DNA of 13,029 nucleotides from Bordetella parapertussis (GTDB lineage Bacteria; Pseudomonadota; Gammaproteobacteria; Burkholderiales; Burkholderiaceae_B): NCBI GenBank assembly GCA_945874505.1, contig CAMCII010000056.1, positions 1 to 13,029 of the forward strand, read 5' to 3'. Shown piece by piece: positions 1 to 7,791 of this stretch (position 1 is its first letter; each line of letters starts with the position of its first letter). The notes under the pieces were generated by a model. It saw only the letters and a program-made list of their open reading frames with translations, ran no database searches and was not told where the DNA came from. The position numbers and the translations under genes were made by a program.

Positions 1-2
1 GC

Positions 3-146
3 GTGATTTACGATGAAACGGGCAGCTATCGCGTCGCCTTTGCACTGTCGCTTGCGTGTTGTCTGCTTGCGAACATTGCGATCTGGATTGCCGCGCCACG
101 CAAGGTGCGCTTGGTGCAAGGACGGGTTAGATCCAAAAAACCTTAG
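3..146 (+). CDS. C-terminal end of a membrane transporter, probably MFS family (partial, runs off the 5' edge)
   Basis: Frame +3 is open from the window edge to TAG at 144-146. It translates to VIYDETGSYRVAFALSLACCLLANIAIWIAAPRKVRLVQGRVRSKKP, a last hydrophobic helix plus a basic tail as in MFS C-termini. Family call is tentative. Confidence 0.45.
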   Translation: MIYDETGSYRVAFALSLACCLLANIAIWIAAPRKVRLVQGRVRSKKP

Positions 147-267
147 GACATTTTGTTGACGATCCAATAGCTAAAGCCCGATACCGCGGCTGCATCGTAC
201 GTTTTCGCACATATAAGCTAGGCGTGAATGGCATCACTCAGTTCGGCATGCGTTTTTTTGTTGCAGC

Positions 268-534
268 TTAGACCGCTGCATTCTCTCTTCGTCCTACCGC
301 TACGACAACAACGACCAATTTTTGATCTATGACTTCATAAACTAAACGGTAGCCCAGTGATTTGAGTTTTATTTTGTAACAATTGGATAACTCTACACTC
401 AGTCTTGCGGAAGGTACGTGCGGCTGGAGAAGTCTTTTTTCAAGCTGCTTCTTGAATTGCTCACTAACAGTTGCGTCTAGCTTGCGCCATTCTTTTTGCG
501 CGAGCGCGTGAAACTCTAACTCATAAGTCTTCAA
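268..534 (-). CDS. relE: RelE/StbE-family type II toxin, apparently truncated by a premature TAA
   Basis: The 88-aa ORF has a TTG start overlapping the antitoxin stop by 14 nt. Close motif match to E. coli RelE as I recall it (KEWRKL, CYKIKLKS-GYRLVYEVID-K-VVV--VG-RE). The stop falls where the conserved C-terminal Tyr is expected, and RelE-like sequence continues in frame to 238. Confidence 0.85.
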   Translation of the reverse strand: MKTYELEFHALAQKEWRKLDATVSEQFKKQLEKRLLQPHVPSARLSVELSNCYKIKLKSLGYRLVYEVIDQKLVVVVVAVGRRENAAV

Positions 535-775
535 GCTTTACCTTCATAGTTTTTCCGCCTCGGCGAGATTTCACAAGATTGATTAACGAAACGTCATCAA
601 GCTTTTCTAGCAAGGTTTCATATGCCTTTGCAGAAAGCAGATAGGCGGTTGGCCGATTGTGATTTAAGACTGCTATGGGCATATCCCCTGCACTTTCTAA
701 CACCCCACTCGGGTCACGACGTAAGTCAGTGACACTTATCGTCCGAGTGGCATGAATTACTTTTGCTGTAGCCAT
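521..775 (-). CDS. Phd/YefM/StbD-family type II antitoxin
   Basis: 84 aa, immediately upstream of and overlapping the toxin. Typical Phd/YefM N-terminal fold sequence (ISVTDLRRDPSGVLESAGDMPIAVLNHNRPTAYLLSAKAYETLLEKLDD). Confidence 0.85.
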   Translation of the reverse strand: MATAKVIHATRTISVTDLRRDPSGVLESAGDMPIAVLNHNRPTAYLLSAKAYETLLEKLDDVSLINLVKSRRGGKTMKVKLEDL

Positions 776-945
776 TTATGTCTCATTATGTAAAAAATTA
801 GTGCAAAATAAAGCACACTATTTAAACCATTAAAAAGTAAAAAATTAAACTGAGTCATGGGTAATAGTGGCTTAGGCTATTGCAAGAATGAACTGAGAAA
901 CACAAATTAATCTATGACCGGAGTAGTCCGTAAGCCAGTGCCCCT

Positions 946-1236
946 TCAAACGGGAATCGCTTCTTGCAATACCTGCTGCCGAAATTTAATTGGCAGATCT
1001 TGCGGCGTGAGTAAATCAACGGGTACGCCCAGTAATTCTTCTAATTCGACCTGCAGGCCGCCAAGATCGAATAAGGTCGCGCCTGGTAAGGCGTCAACAA
1101 GAATGTGAATGGCGCTACCGTCATGATCTAGGCCATGCAAAACAGAACCAAACACACGCGGGTTGGTCGCGCGATAACGGCCCGTTGCCTCACGGATAGC
1201 GATACGTTTCAACTCAAGCGCGACAGAAGGTTTCAT
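946..1236 (-). CDS. MNT-type (minimal) nucleotidyltransferase domain protein, the antitoxin-like half of a HEPN/MNT module, with no intact HEPN partner
   Basis: 96 aa with VFGSVLHG...ILVDALPGATLFDLGGLQVELEELLGVPVDLLT, the PF01909-type pattern. The canonical D-x-D after the GS motif reads A-I-H here. Confidence 0.75.
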   Translation of the reverse strand: MKPSVALELKRIAIREATGRYRATNPRVFGSVLHGLDHDGSAIHILVDALPGATLFDLGGLQVELEELLGVPVDLLTPQDLPIKFRQQVLQEAIPV

Positions 1237-1270
1237 ATTGTTCAGCGGGTTACTTTGCTATTCGTCCGTC

Positions 1271-2398
1271 TTAACCAGCGTAGCGTTTTGAGTTACCGTC
1301 GGTTCTAAAAATCAATGGAAATTCTTTTGACGGTTCAGCGCTCGCTGAGGCTGCTGCTTCACTAATCGCAAGCTTGACGACATGGTGCTTGGGGGACTTG
1401 GCACAAACTGGATCTGTCGCGGCAGGGTCGCCTGTCAACAGGAATGCTTGGCATCGACAGCCACCAAAGTCTTTTTCTTTCTCTGAGCACGAACGACACG
1501 GCTCTTGCATCCAGCTGTCACCCCGAAAGAAATTAAAGGCTTGGCTTTCAAACCAGATTTCCTGGATGGAATGCTCTTTTACATTTGGGATCTGAAGACC
1601 TGGCAACTCTCTCGCGTTATGGCAGGGGAGGGCTGCGCCATCTGGTGCGATATCTAAAAAGATTGAGCCCCAGCCATTCATGCAGGCTTTCGGACGCTCT
1701 TCAAAATAATCGGGCACGACAAAAAGGAGCTTGCACTGCTTACCAATTTTTTCACGGTAGGCATTGACCGTGGCTTCAGCTGCTACAAGTTGTTCGCGAG
1801 TGGGTAAAAGCTGTTGACGATTCTTCATCGCCCAACCGTAATATTGTGTGTTTGCTAGCTCTAGATACTCGGCGGAAAGATCAAGCGCCATATCGATAAT
1901 CTTATCGATATGCGGAATATTATGACGATGTAGTACGACATTCATCACCATTGGATAGTCGTACTTTTTAATTAAAGCCGCGACTTTTTTCTTGAGCTCA
2001 AATGTTTTCGTGCTGCTCAGAAAATCGTTCATCTCTTGTGTGGAATCTTGAAAGGAAAGCTGAATGTGATCGAGTCCGGCTTGCTTCAGTGAGGCGATTC
2101 TTTTCTCGTTTAGTCCAACGCCAGAGGTGATGAGGTTGGTATAGAACCCAAGCCGTCTAGCCTCTGCGACCAAGATGTCGAGGTCATCGCGCAGTAGTGG
2201 TTCACCACCAGAAAATCCTATTTGTGCGGCGCCGAGCGCACGCGCCTCTCGCATGACACGAATCCATGCGTCTGTATCAAGCTCATTTTTAATGCTGTCG
2301 TAGTTGACTGGGTTGTAGCAAAACACGCAGTGCAGGGGGCAGCGATACGTCAGCTCGGCAAGCAACCAAAAGGGCGGATTGATAACAGGCTGAGTCAT
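1271..2398 (-). CDS. pqqE: PqqE, radical SAM enzyme that cross-links the PqqA peptide
   Basis: 375 aa with the [11 protein letters not shown] radical-SAM CxxxCxxC motif and a C-terminal SPASM-like Cys cluster ([16 protein letters not shown]). Last gene in the pqq gene order. Confidence 0.97.
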   Translation of the reverse strand: MTQPVINPPFWLLAELTYRCPLHCVFCYNPVNYDSIKNELDTDAWIRVMREARALGAAQIGFSGGEPLLRDDLDILVAEARRLGFYTNLITSGVGLNEKRIASLKQAGLDHIQLSFQDSTQEMNDFLSSTKTFELKKKVAALIKKYDYPMVMNVVLHRHNIPHIDKIIDMALDLSAEYLELANTQYYGWAMKNRQQLLPTREQLVAAEATVNAYREKIGKQCKLLFVVPDYFEERPKACMNGWGSIFLDIAPDGAALPCHNARELPGLQIPNVKEHSIQEIWFESQAFNFFRGDSWMQEPCRSCSEKEKDFGGCRCQAFLLTGDPAATDPVCAKSPKHHVVKLAISEAAASASAEPSKEFPLIFRTDGNSKRYAG

Positions 2399-2413
2399 CG
2401 GCTGAGGGAGATC

Positions 2414-2692
2414 CTATTGGATCCAGTCTTTTTCAAAGGCTGCACGCAACATCCCTTCGACAGGGTCGCGCAAATCAGCCTCACCAAATGCCTGTTCAAG
2501 CTCGGCGATCAGTTGGGTAATTGTGTGCTCTCCGTCGCAGCGTTTCAGGATCTCGGCGGCGCTGAGATTGAGTTTGACCATGCCTTCAGGATAAAGCAAT
2601 ACATAAGCTTTTTGCACCTCTTCCCACTGCAGACGGAAAAGTCTGTTGAGTCGGGGGCGCTCAGGAAGCTCAGTGGGTGTGGAGTCGCTCAT
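2414..2692 (-). CDS. pqqD: PqqD, PqqA-binding chaperone
   Basis: 92 aa, lying between pqqC and pqqE with a 4-nt ATGA overlap with pqqC. Typical PqqD sequence ([17 protein letters not shown]). Confidence 0.93.
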   Translation of the reverse strand: MSDSTPTELPERPRLNRLFRLQWEEVQKAYVLLYPEGMVKLNLSAAEILKRCDGEHTITQLIAELEQAFGEADLRDPVEGMLRAAFEKDWIQ

Positions 2693-3402
2693 ACAGGATA
2701 GGCTTTTTCAATTCCATCAAGCATTGACCATAAAATATCAAGCTTGAATTGCAGAATGTCGAGTGCCCGCTCTTGTTGAGCGCGCGTCGTAAAGTGGTTC
2801 AGTGTGACCTCAAGACCATGATCGACATCACGCTGGGCTAACGGAATGCGCGAGCGGAAATAATGCAAACCTGCCGGCTCGATCCATGGGTAGTGGGTGG
2901 GCCATGTTGCCAGACGATCTTTATGAATTTGGGGCGCGAACATTTCTGTCAAAGAAGAACAGATTGCCTCTTGCCAGGGCTGCTGCCGTGCAAAATTGAC
3001 ATAGGCATCACAGGCAAATTTAACTGAGGGTTCGACCTCTTTTAGAGACCAAAGCGTTTCACGATCTAAACCAACCGCTAGTCCTAGTCGAGTCCACGCT
3101 TCGAGGCCGCCGCATTCGGTGTCAGTTTTGTAGTCACCAAAGCCGTCGTGATCCAAAATTCTGGAAATCCATCTGCGGCGCGTTTCACGATCTTGGCAGT
3201 TGGACATCACAGCAGCGTCTTTGATTGGAATGATCCACTGATAGTAAAACCGATTCAGCACCCAACCGCGAATTTGTTCTTTCGAACATTCGCCAGCATT
3301 CATCTTGATATTAAAAGGGTGATGAATGTGATAGCGCTGACCTTTTGCGCGGAGCTGGGCCTCGAACTCTTCACGCGTCCAGGCTGGTTTGAATTCGGTC
3401 AT
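2689..3402 (-). CDS. pqqC: PqqC, pyrroloquinoline-quinone synthase
   Basis: 237 aa with conserved PqqC signatures (YHIHHPF, RFYYQ, ILDHDG) and the expected operon position. Confidence 0.96.
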   Translation of the reverse strand: MTEFKPAWTREEFEAQLRAKGQRYHIHHPFNIKMNAGECSKEQIRGWVLNRFYYQWIIPIKDAAVMSNCQDRETRRRWISRILDHDGFGDYKTDTECGGLEAWTRLGLAVGLDRETLWSLKEVEPSVKFACDAYVNFARQQPWQEAICSSLTEMFAPQIHKDRLATWPTHYPWIEPAGLHYFRSRIPLAQRDVDHGLEVTLNHFTTRAQQERALDILQFKLDILWSMLDGIEKAYPV

Positions 3403-3404
3403 GG

Positions 3405-4319
3405 TCAGATCTCTATGTGCATGCCATCAAAGGCGACCTCAATCCCGAGCGCTTTGAGCTGCAGCGCTTGCGGTGAGTCCTCGCGAAGGATGGGGTTGGT
3501 ATTGTTAATGTGAATCAGAATACGTCGCTTGGTCGAATGAGACGCTAGCGCTTCAATCATTCCACCCGGTCCGGATTGAGCCAGATGCCCCATGTCGATC
3601 GCGCGCTTGGACGACAGGCCCATGCCAATCATTTCATCATCTGTCCAAAACGTACCATCGACCAGTAGCACATCGGCTTGCCGCATCGCTTGCTCGACTT
3701 GCGGCTCAATCACACCAAGACCAGGTGCATAAAACGCTTTTTGCCCGCTCGTCATGTCTGTCATGAGTAGTCCGATATTGTCACCGGGATGAGGGTCATG
3801 GCGATGGGGCGAGTAAGGAGGCGCTTTACTGGAAAGCGTAATTGCCTTGAAAGCAATACCTGCTAATTCAGGAATGCTGAAATTTTCTTGTTCAGGACTA
3901 ATGAAGCGCTGCTCGACCGTGCAGTAATGAGACAGGGTCTTGACCAATGGCAGGCCTGTCGTGAGATCGTCGAACACTTGTTGAGTGGCATAAATGGGCA
4001 GAGGCGAATGTCTTTCGCGCAGCATCATAAGACCCGTGACGTGATCGACTTGTGCGTCCATCAACACGACCGCGGCGATACCGCTATCACGCATCTGTCT
4101 GGCCGGTTGCAAAACAGGTGTTTGTTTAATTTGGGTCAGCACATCAGGCGACGCATTGATCAATGCCCAGTCGGGTGATCCGTTGCCGATGATGATAGAG
4201 GACTGAGTGCGCATCTGCGCGTTGATACTGCCTTGGCGCACACCTGAGCAATTCAGGCAGTTACAGTTCCACTGAGGAAATCCCCCGCCAGCCGCGGAGC
4301 CCAATACGCGTATTTGCAT
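3405..4319 (-). CDS. pqqB: PqqB, metallo-beta-lactamase-fold PQQ biosynthesis protein
   Basis: 304 aa with the typical N-terminus [23 protein letters not shown] and the metallo-beta-lactamase-like DAQVDHVTG motif. Sits directly downstream of pqqA. Confidence 0.96.
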   Translation of the reverse strand: MQIRVLGSAAGGGFPQWNCNCLNCSGVRQGSINAQMRTQSSIIIGNGSPDWALINASPDVLTQIKQTPVLQPARQMRDSGIAAVVLMDAQVDHVTGLMMLRERHSPLPIYATQQVFDDLTTGLPLVKTLSHYCTVEQRFISPEQENFSIPELAGIAFKAITLSSKAPPYSPHRHDPHPGDNIGLLMTDMTSGQKAFYAPGLGVIEPQVEQAMRQADVLLVDGTFWTDDEMIGMGLSSKRAIDMGHLAQSGPGGMIEALASHSTKRRILIHINNTNPILREDSPQALQLKALGIEVAFDGMHIEI

Positions 4320-4324
4320 CTCAA

Positions 4325-4363
4325 CTCAAAAAATAAAGGCCGAGATATGACTCTCGGCCTTTT
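4325..4363 (-). terminator. Intrinsic terminator/attenuator hairpin between pqqA and pqqB
   Basis: Perfect 11-bp stem (4335-4345 aaaggccgaga pairs with 4352-4362 tctcggccttt) and a 6-nt loop. On the minus strand it is followed by TTTATTTTTT, ending a few nt before the pqqB ATG. Confidence 0.75.
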
Positions 4364-4372
4364 GACAAACGA

Positions 4373-4447
4373 TTAGCGATTGGCGATGTACATTGTGATT
4401 TCAAAACCAAACCGCAAATCGATTGCTGATGGTGTTTCCCATTTCAT
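4373..4447 (-). CDS. pqqA: PqqA, ribosomally made precursor peptide of PQQ (24 aa, absent from the ORF track)
   Basis: Manual translation of the minus strand gives MKWETPSAIDLRFGFEITMYIANR*, with the conserved E-x-x-x-Y (EITMY) pair. An AGGAG Shine-Dalgarno lies about 7 nt upstream (4453-4457 region). Confidence 0.95.
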   Translation of the reverse strand: MKWETPSAIDLRFGFEITMYIANR

Positions 4448-4512
4448 AGTGGTCTCCTGGAGTGCAGTGGTAGTAAGGGATCGCAACGCCATTGATTGGC
4501 ATTAGTGATAAG

Positions 4513-4542
4513 TATATAGAATAAATCACATCTACCCAGCAA
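4513..4542 (-). promoter_or_regulatory. Candidate sigma70-type promoter for pqqA (TTGCTG-N18-TATATA)
   Basis: Hexamers read on the minus strand are -35 TTGCTG (4537-4542) and -10 TATATA (4513-4518). This would give a leader of about 60 nt. Pattern match only. Confidence 0.3.
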
Positions 4543-4562
4543 CTTTTTGACTTGTTGACCAC

Positions 4563-5498
4563 ATGAAAACTAAGCTATTTGCCGAGATCCAGCCCGTGGC
4601 GCACGGGTGGCTAGCAGTCGGGGATGGACACCAGTTGCACTGGCAAACTAGTGGTAATCCCCAAGGGATGCCTGTAGTGTGGTTGCACGGCGGACCTGGA
4701 AGTTCGGCAAGCCCTTTACATCGTCGATTTTTTGATCCTGCCCTTTTTTGGATGATTCAATATGATCAGCGGGGTTGCGGACGGAGTCTGCCACTTGGGG
4801 CGATCGACCACAACGAGACGTCATATTTACTTGCCGATATAGAACGTTTGCGCAAGCATCTGTCCATCGCGAAGTGGAGCGTGGTGGGGGGCTCTTGGGG
4901 CGGTGCCTTAGCGTTGCTCTACGCGCAGGCTTATCCTGAACGCGTCGACAGAATGCTGTGCCGCAGTCCGTTTTTATGTACCCAAGCTGAAATAGAAAAC
5001 TTTATGGAACATCCGCCTGAAGGTTGTCGAGAACCTTGGGAAGCTTTGCAATCTCAGGTGCCTAAACGCCCTCAGCAGACCGTTCTCGAGTTTGGCTATC
5101 GTGTATTTTGCCTAGAGAAGGACGCTCAACAGCAAGCCCAGCTTGCACAAGCATGGGCGACCTACGAGGCAGCAATGAACGTTTACCCAGCGCAAGCACC
5201 TACGCTTGGTTTCGGCGGTCATGAGGCGCTCATCGCTCGCTACAGGGTGCAGAGTCATTACCTGTGGCATCGATGCTTTGTGGGTCAAAATATCTTGGCG
5301 CAGGCGCATAGGATGTCAGAGATTCCGCTTACGCTCGTGCATGGCGATACCGATGCGCTCTGCCCCTTTGAAAACAGTCTGAACATTCAACGCGCCGCAG
5401 CTCAAGTTAACCTTATCCGTGTCGAAGGAGGCGGCCACGACCTGACGGACCAAGGCATGCTGAGTGCAACGTTTCAAGCACTGACATCTTGGCGCTAG
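4563..5498 (+). CDS. pip: Prolyl aminopeptidase-like alpha/beta hydrolase (peptidase S33 type)
   Basis: 311 aa with the HGGPG oxyanion motif (VVWLHGGPGSS), the nucleophile elbow GGSWGG, and C-terminal HGDTD and GGGHD candidates for the acid and His. The N-terminal region matches the proline iminopeptidase pattern. Confidence 0.8.
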   Translation: MKTKLFAEIQPVAHGWLAVGDGHQLHWQTSGNPQGMPVVWLHGGPGSSASPLHRRFFDPALFWMIQYDQRGCGRSLPLGAIDHNETSYLLADIERLRKHLSIAKWSVVGGSWGGALALLYAQAYPERVDRMLCRSPFLCTQAEIENFMEHPPEGCREPWEALQSQVPKRPQQTVLEFGYRVFCLEKDAQQQAQLAQAWATYEAAMNVYPAQAPTLGFGGHEALIARYRVQSHYLWHRCFVGQNILAQAHRMSEIPLTLVHGDTDALCPFENSLNIQRAAAQVNLIRVEGGGHDLTDQGMLSATFQALTSWR

Positions 5499-5647
5499 TG
5501 ATTACCCTAACGACTGTTATGGCGTTTAACTTTCACTTAAAAGTTAAGGGGAAAACAGTTATCTCACTACCCAATTCTAGTAATATTATTCGAGTACTTA
5601 AAAGACAAGAGGATCTTGTTCGAACATCAAACATCACGGAGACGACT

Positions 5648-6877
5648 GTGAAAAATTACTTGCGCACGATTAGTGGCCTAGGCTTAGCCTTGGCATTCAG
5701 TATGTCTGCCCAAGCGCAGACTGCTGCACCCGCACCTGCAGCTGCACCGGCCCCCCCACCTGCCTGGAAACAAGGCATGCCCGACTCGATGGCAAAGTCT
5801 ACTCTGGCTCCTTTGCCAGGCAAGCTGGTGGCGACCAAAGCCGCCGATGTGCCGATTGATAAAATCAAACTACCCCCTGGGTTTAAAGTTGAGGTTTGGG
5901 CTGACGGTATTCCCGGTGGTCGCGCCATCGCAGAAGGTGAGAACGGCAAGTATTATGTTGGCACACGCGCGCTCGGTCGTATCTACGAAGTGACGGATAA
6001 TGGCAAAGAGCGCACCTCACGTGTGGTGGTAGACAAGCTCAATCAGCCTACAGCTGCATACAAAGACGGTTCGCTTTACGTAGTCGCTATTGACAAAGTC
6101 TTGCGTTTCGATGGCATTGATAAAAATCCAAACGCGACGCCTGTTGACTTGACTGCCAAGTTCAACTTTCCGCCTTTGCCTCATCACAACTGGAAGTACG
6201 TGGCGTTTGGGCCGGACGGCAAAATTTACGTGCCATTTGGTGCGCCTTGCAATATTTGCGTTGAGCCAACAAGCGAGTATTCACAAATTCGACGTTACAA
6301 CGCAGATGGTTCCAATATGGAATTATTAGCAACAGGTGTGCGTAATACGGTTGGTTTTGACTGGCATCCCGTCACCAAAGAACTTTGGTTTAGCAACCAC
6401 GGTCGCGATTGGATGGGTGATGACACTCCCAACGACACGATGAATCGTTTAAAACTGAAGGCCAACTACGGCTTCCCTTATTGCCATGAGGGCAAGATCG
6501 CCGACCCTGACGTCAAGAAAGCAGACGCTTGCGCTGGTGTTGAGCCGCCTGCCGCGTTGATGGGCCCCCACGCTGCCACGATGGGCGTCAAGTTTTATAC
6601 GGGCGATATGTTCCCAGCCGAGTATAAGAACGTGCTGTTTAATGCGCGCAAAGGCTCTTGGAATCGCACACAAAAGATCGGCTTTGACGTCGTCACTGTG
6701 CGCACCGATGCGAACGGTAATAACGCAAAGGTTGAGCCCTTTATGACTGGCTTTATGAATCCTGCGGATCAGTCATGGTGGGGTCGTCCTGCCTACTTGC
6801 ATCAGATGAAAGATGGTTCCCTGTTGGTGTCTGACGAGCAAAATGGCGTTATTTATCGCGTCACCTACAAGAAGTAA
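5648..6877 (+). CDS. Secreted PQQ-dependent sugar dehydrogenase (sorbosone / soluble aldose dehydrogenase family beta-propeller)
   Basis: The track ORF 5489-6877 probably starts at in-frame GTG 5648, with GGAGA about 7 nt upstream. That gives a signal peptide (VKNYLRTISGLGLALAFSMSAQA-Q) followed by an Ala/Pro linker. Family motifs include GRDWMGDD-PNDTMN, GFPYCHEG and LLVSDEQNGVIYRV. Confidence 0.8.
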   Translation: MKNYLRTISGLGLALAFSMSAQAQTAAPAPAAAPAPPPAWKQGMPDSMAKSTLAPLPGKLVATKAADVPIDKIKLPPGFKVEVWADGIPGGRAIAEGENGKYYVGTRALGRIYEVTDNGKERTSRVVVDKLNQPTAAYKDGSLYVVAIDKVLRFDGIDKNPNATPVDLTAKFNFPPLPHHNWKYVAFGPDGKIYVPFGAPCNICVEPTSEYSQIRRYNADGSNMELLATGVRNTVGFDWHPVTKELWFSNHGRDWMGDDTPNDTMNRLKLKANYGFPYCHEGKIADPDVKKADACAGVEPPAALMGPHAATMGVKFYTGDMFPAEYKNVLFNARKGSWNRTQKIGFDVVTVRTDANGNNAKVEPFMTGFMNPADQSWWGRPAYLHQMKDGSLLVSDEQNGVIYRVTYKK

Positions 6878-6882
6878 TCTTC

Positions 6883-7467
6883 ATGCAGTTGTTGTCTGTT
6901 GTCCGTCATGTTGTTTTGGTGGGGGCCGTCCTTACGGCGGTTCCTGCTGCGTACGCACAGATAGCCCCACAGCGCTTAGCGCTGTGCGCGGCTTGTCACG
7001 GTGCCGATGGAAATTCTCAGCTAAAAGGAATCCCCTCTTTAGCGGCACAACCAAAATTGTTTCTTGAAAATCAACTTGTCTTGATTCGCGAAGGTATGCG
7101 CGATATCCCTGCGATGAAGGGCTCGCTTGAGGGCGTGTCTGATACTGAAATCACAGCACTCGCCAAGTATTATGCGGATAAAACGCTAGCTCCTGTGCCT
7201 ACAGACAAAGACGTAGAAGTCTTTGCGCGTGGCGGCAAGTTAGCGGAAGGTATGCGATGCGGAATATGTCATCTACCAACCTATTTGGGTCGTGAGCAGA
7301 TTCCCAGGCTGGCGGGTCAGAAAGAAGACTATTTGCTGCATAGCATGCAACAGTTTAAAAACCATCAAGCCGTTGGACGCGATTCAAATATGGCGGCGTC
7401 GGTCTATGGTGTCTCAGATCAAGATCTGAAGGACATCTCATATTATTTAGCTCGGCTCACGCCCTAG
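6883..7467 (+). CDS. Dihaem c-type cytochrome (c4-like), probable electron acceptor of the dehydrogenase
   Basis: 194 aa with a signal peptide, two CxxCH haem motifs (CAACH, CGICH) and two candidate distal Met ligands. Starts 5 nt after the dehydrogenase stop. Confidence 0.85.
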   Translation: MQLLSVVRHVVLVGAVLTAVPAAYAQIAPQRLALCAACHGADGNSQLKGIPSLAAQPKLFLENQLVLIREGMRDIPAMKGSLEGVSDTEITALAKYYADKTLAPVPTDKDVEVFARGGKLAEGMRCGICHLPTYLGREQIPRLAGQKEDYLLHSMQQFKNHQAVGRDSNMAASVYGVSDQDLKDISYYLARLTP

Positions 7468-7582
7468 GCCTTTCTTGTACTGCCGTAGTGTATTTTCGGG
7501 CGAGAGTCGGGTCGACGCTTGGCGAACGGATTGCATGTTCAATCAGATTTACTTGACAGACGGCGAGCGCCATACTTTTGAT

Positions 7583-7640
7583 TTTGCTGGTGCCCGGGGC
7601 CGGAATCGAACCGGCACGCCTTGCGGCGGGGGATTTTGAG
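7583..7640. repeat. Distal att site: duplicated 3' fragment of tRNA-Leu(CAA)
   Basis: 58/58 identical to 12661-12718. Covers the tRNA from the anticodon loop to CCA plus 5 nt. No 5' acceptor or D-arm, so it is not a functional tRNA. Confidence 0.92.
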
Positions 7641-7696
7641 GAAACGGGCACCGCTGCGAACTATTAAAAATGGGGTTCTTAAAGCATAGGGCATTT

Positions 7697-7717
7697 TGTA
7701 CAACGTTTTGTACAACG
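7697..7717 (+). promoter_or_regulatory. Two tandem TGTACAACG repeats (candidate arm-type recombinase-binding sites, tRNA-distal arm)
   Basis: Exact 9-mers at 7697-7705 and 7709-7717, 12 bp apart. Same orientation as the three copies at the other end of the island. Confidence 0.6.
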
Positions 7718-7791
7718 CTGCCAATCAACATAAATTAGCATCTACAGCATTGTATTCCATTGCTTTCCAAGCTGACCAAGTCAAAGTTGTA

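Noticed and set aside
798-820. Imperfect palindrome tagtgc-N8-gcacacta upstream of the Phd/YefM gene as the toxin-antitoxin operator
   Set aside because: Only a 4-5 bp perfect match per half-site in a very A+T-rich region. Plausible location, but too weak to call from sequence alone.
2222-2701. Plus-strand 159-aa ORF, and similar shadow ORFs (914-1108, 1374-1595, 1585-1767, 3148-3513, 3888-4178, 5112-5309, 5656-5949, 6449-6673, 6813-7067)
   Set aside because: All lie antisense to, or out of frame within, confidently identified genes (MNT, pqqB/C/D/E, pip, dehydrogenase, cytochrome). Their translations are low-complexity and Arg/Cys-rich. They are typical shadow ORFs.
7583-7640. Possible second tRNA-Leu gene
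   Set aside because: Only the 3' 53 nt (anticodon loop to CCA) are present. The sequence 5' of the anticodon loop (7641 onward, minus strand) has no anticodon-stem partner, D-arm or acceptor 5' strand. It is the att duplication, not a gene.
7457-7731. Three overlapping minus-strand ORFs (7457-7651, 7539-7724, 7549-7731), and likewise the ORFs at 12584-12853
   Set aside because: They run across the tRNA fragment, the tRNA and the att repeats. The peptide SPAARRAGSIPAPGTSK shared by 7457-7651 and 12628-12831 is just the translated tRNA repeat. They have no Shine-Dalgarno and no coding-like composition.
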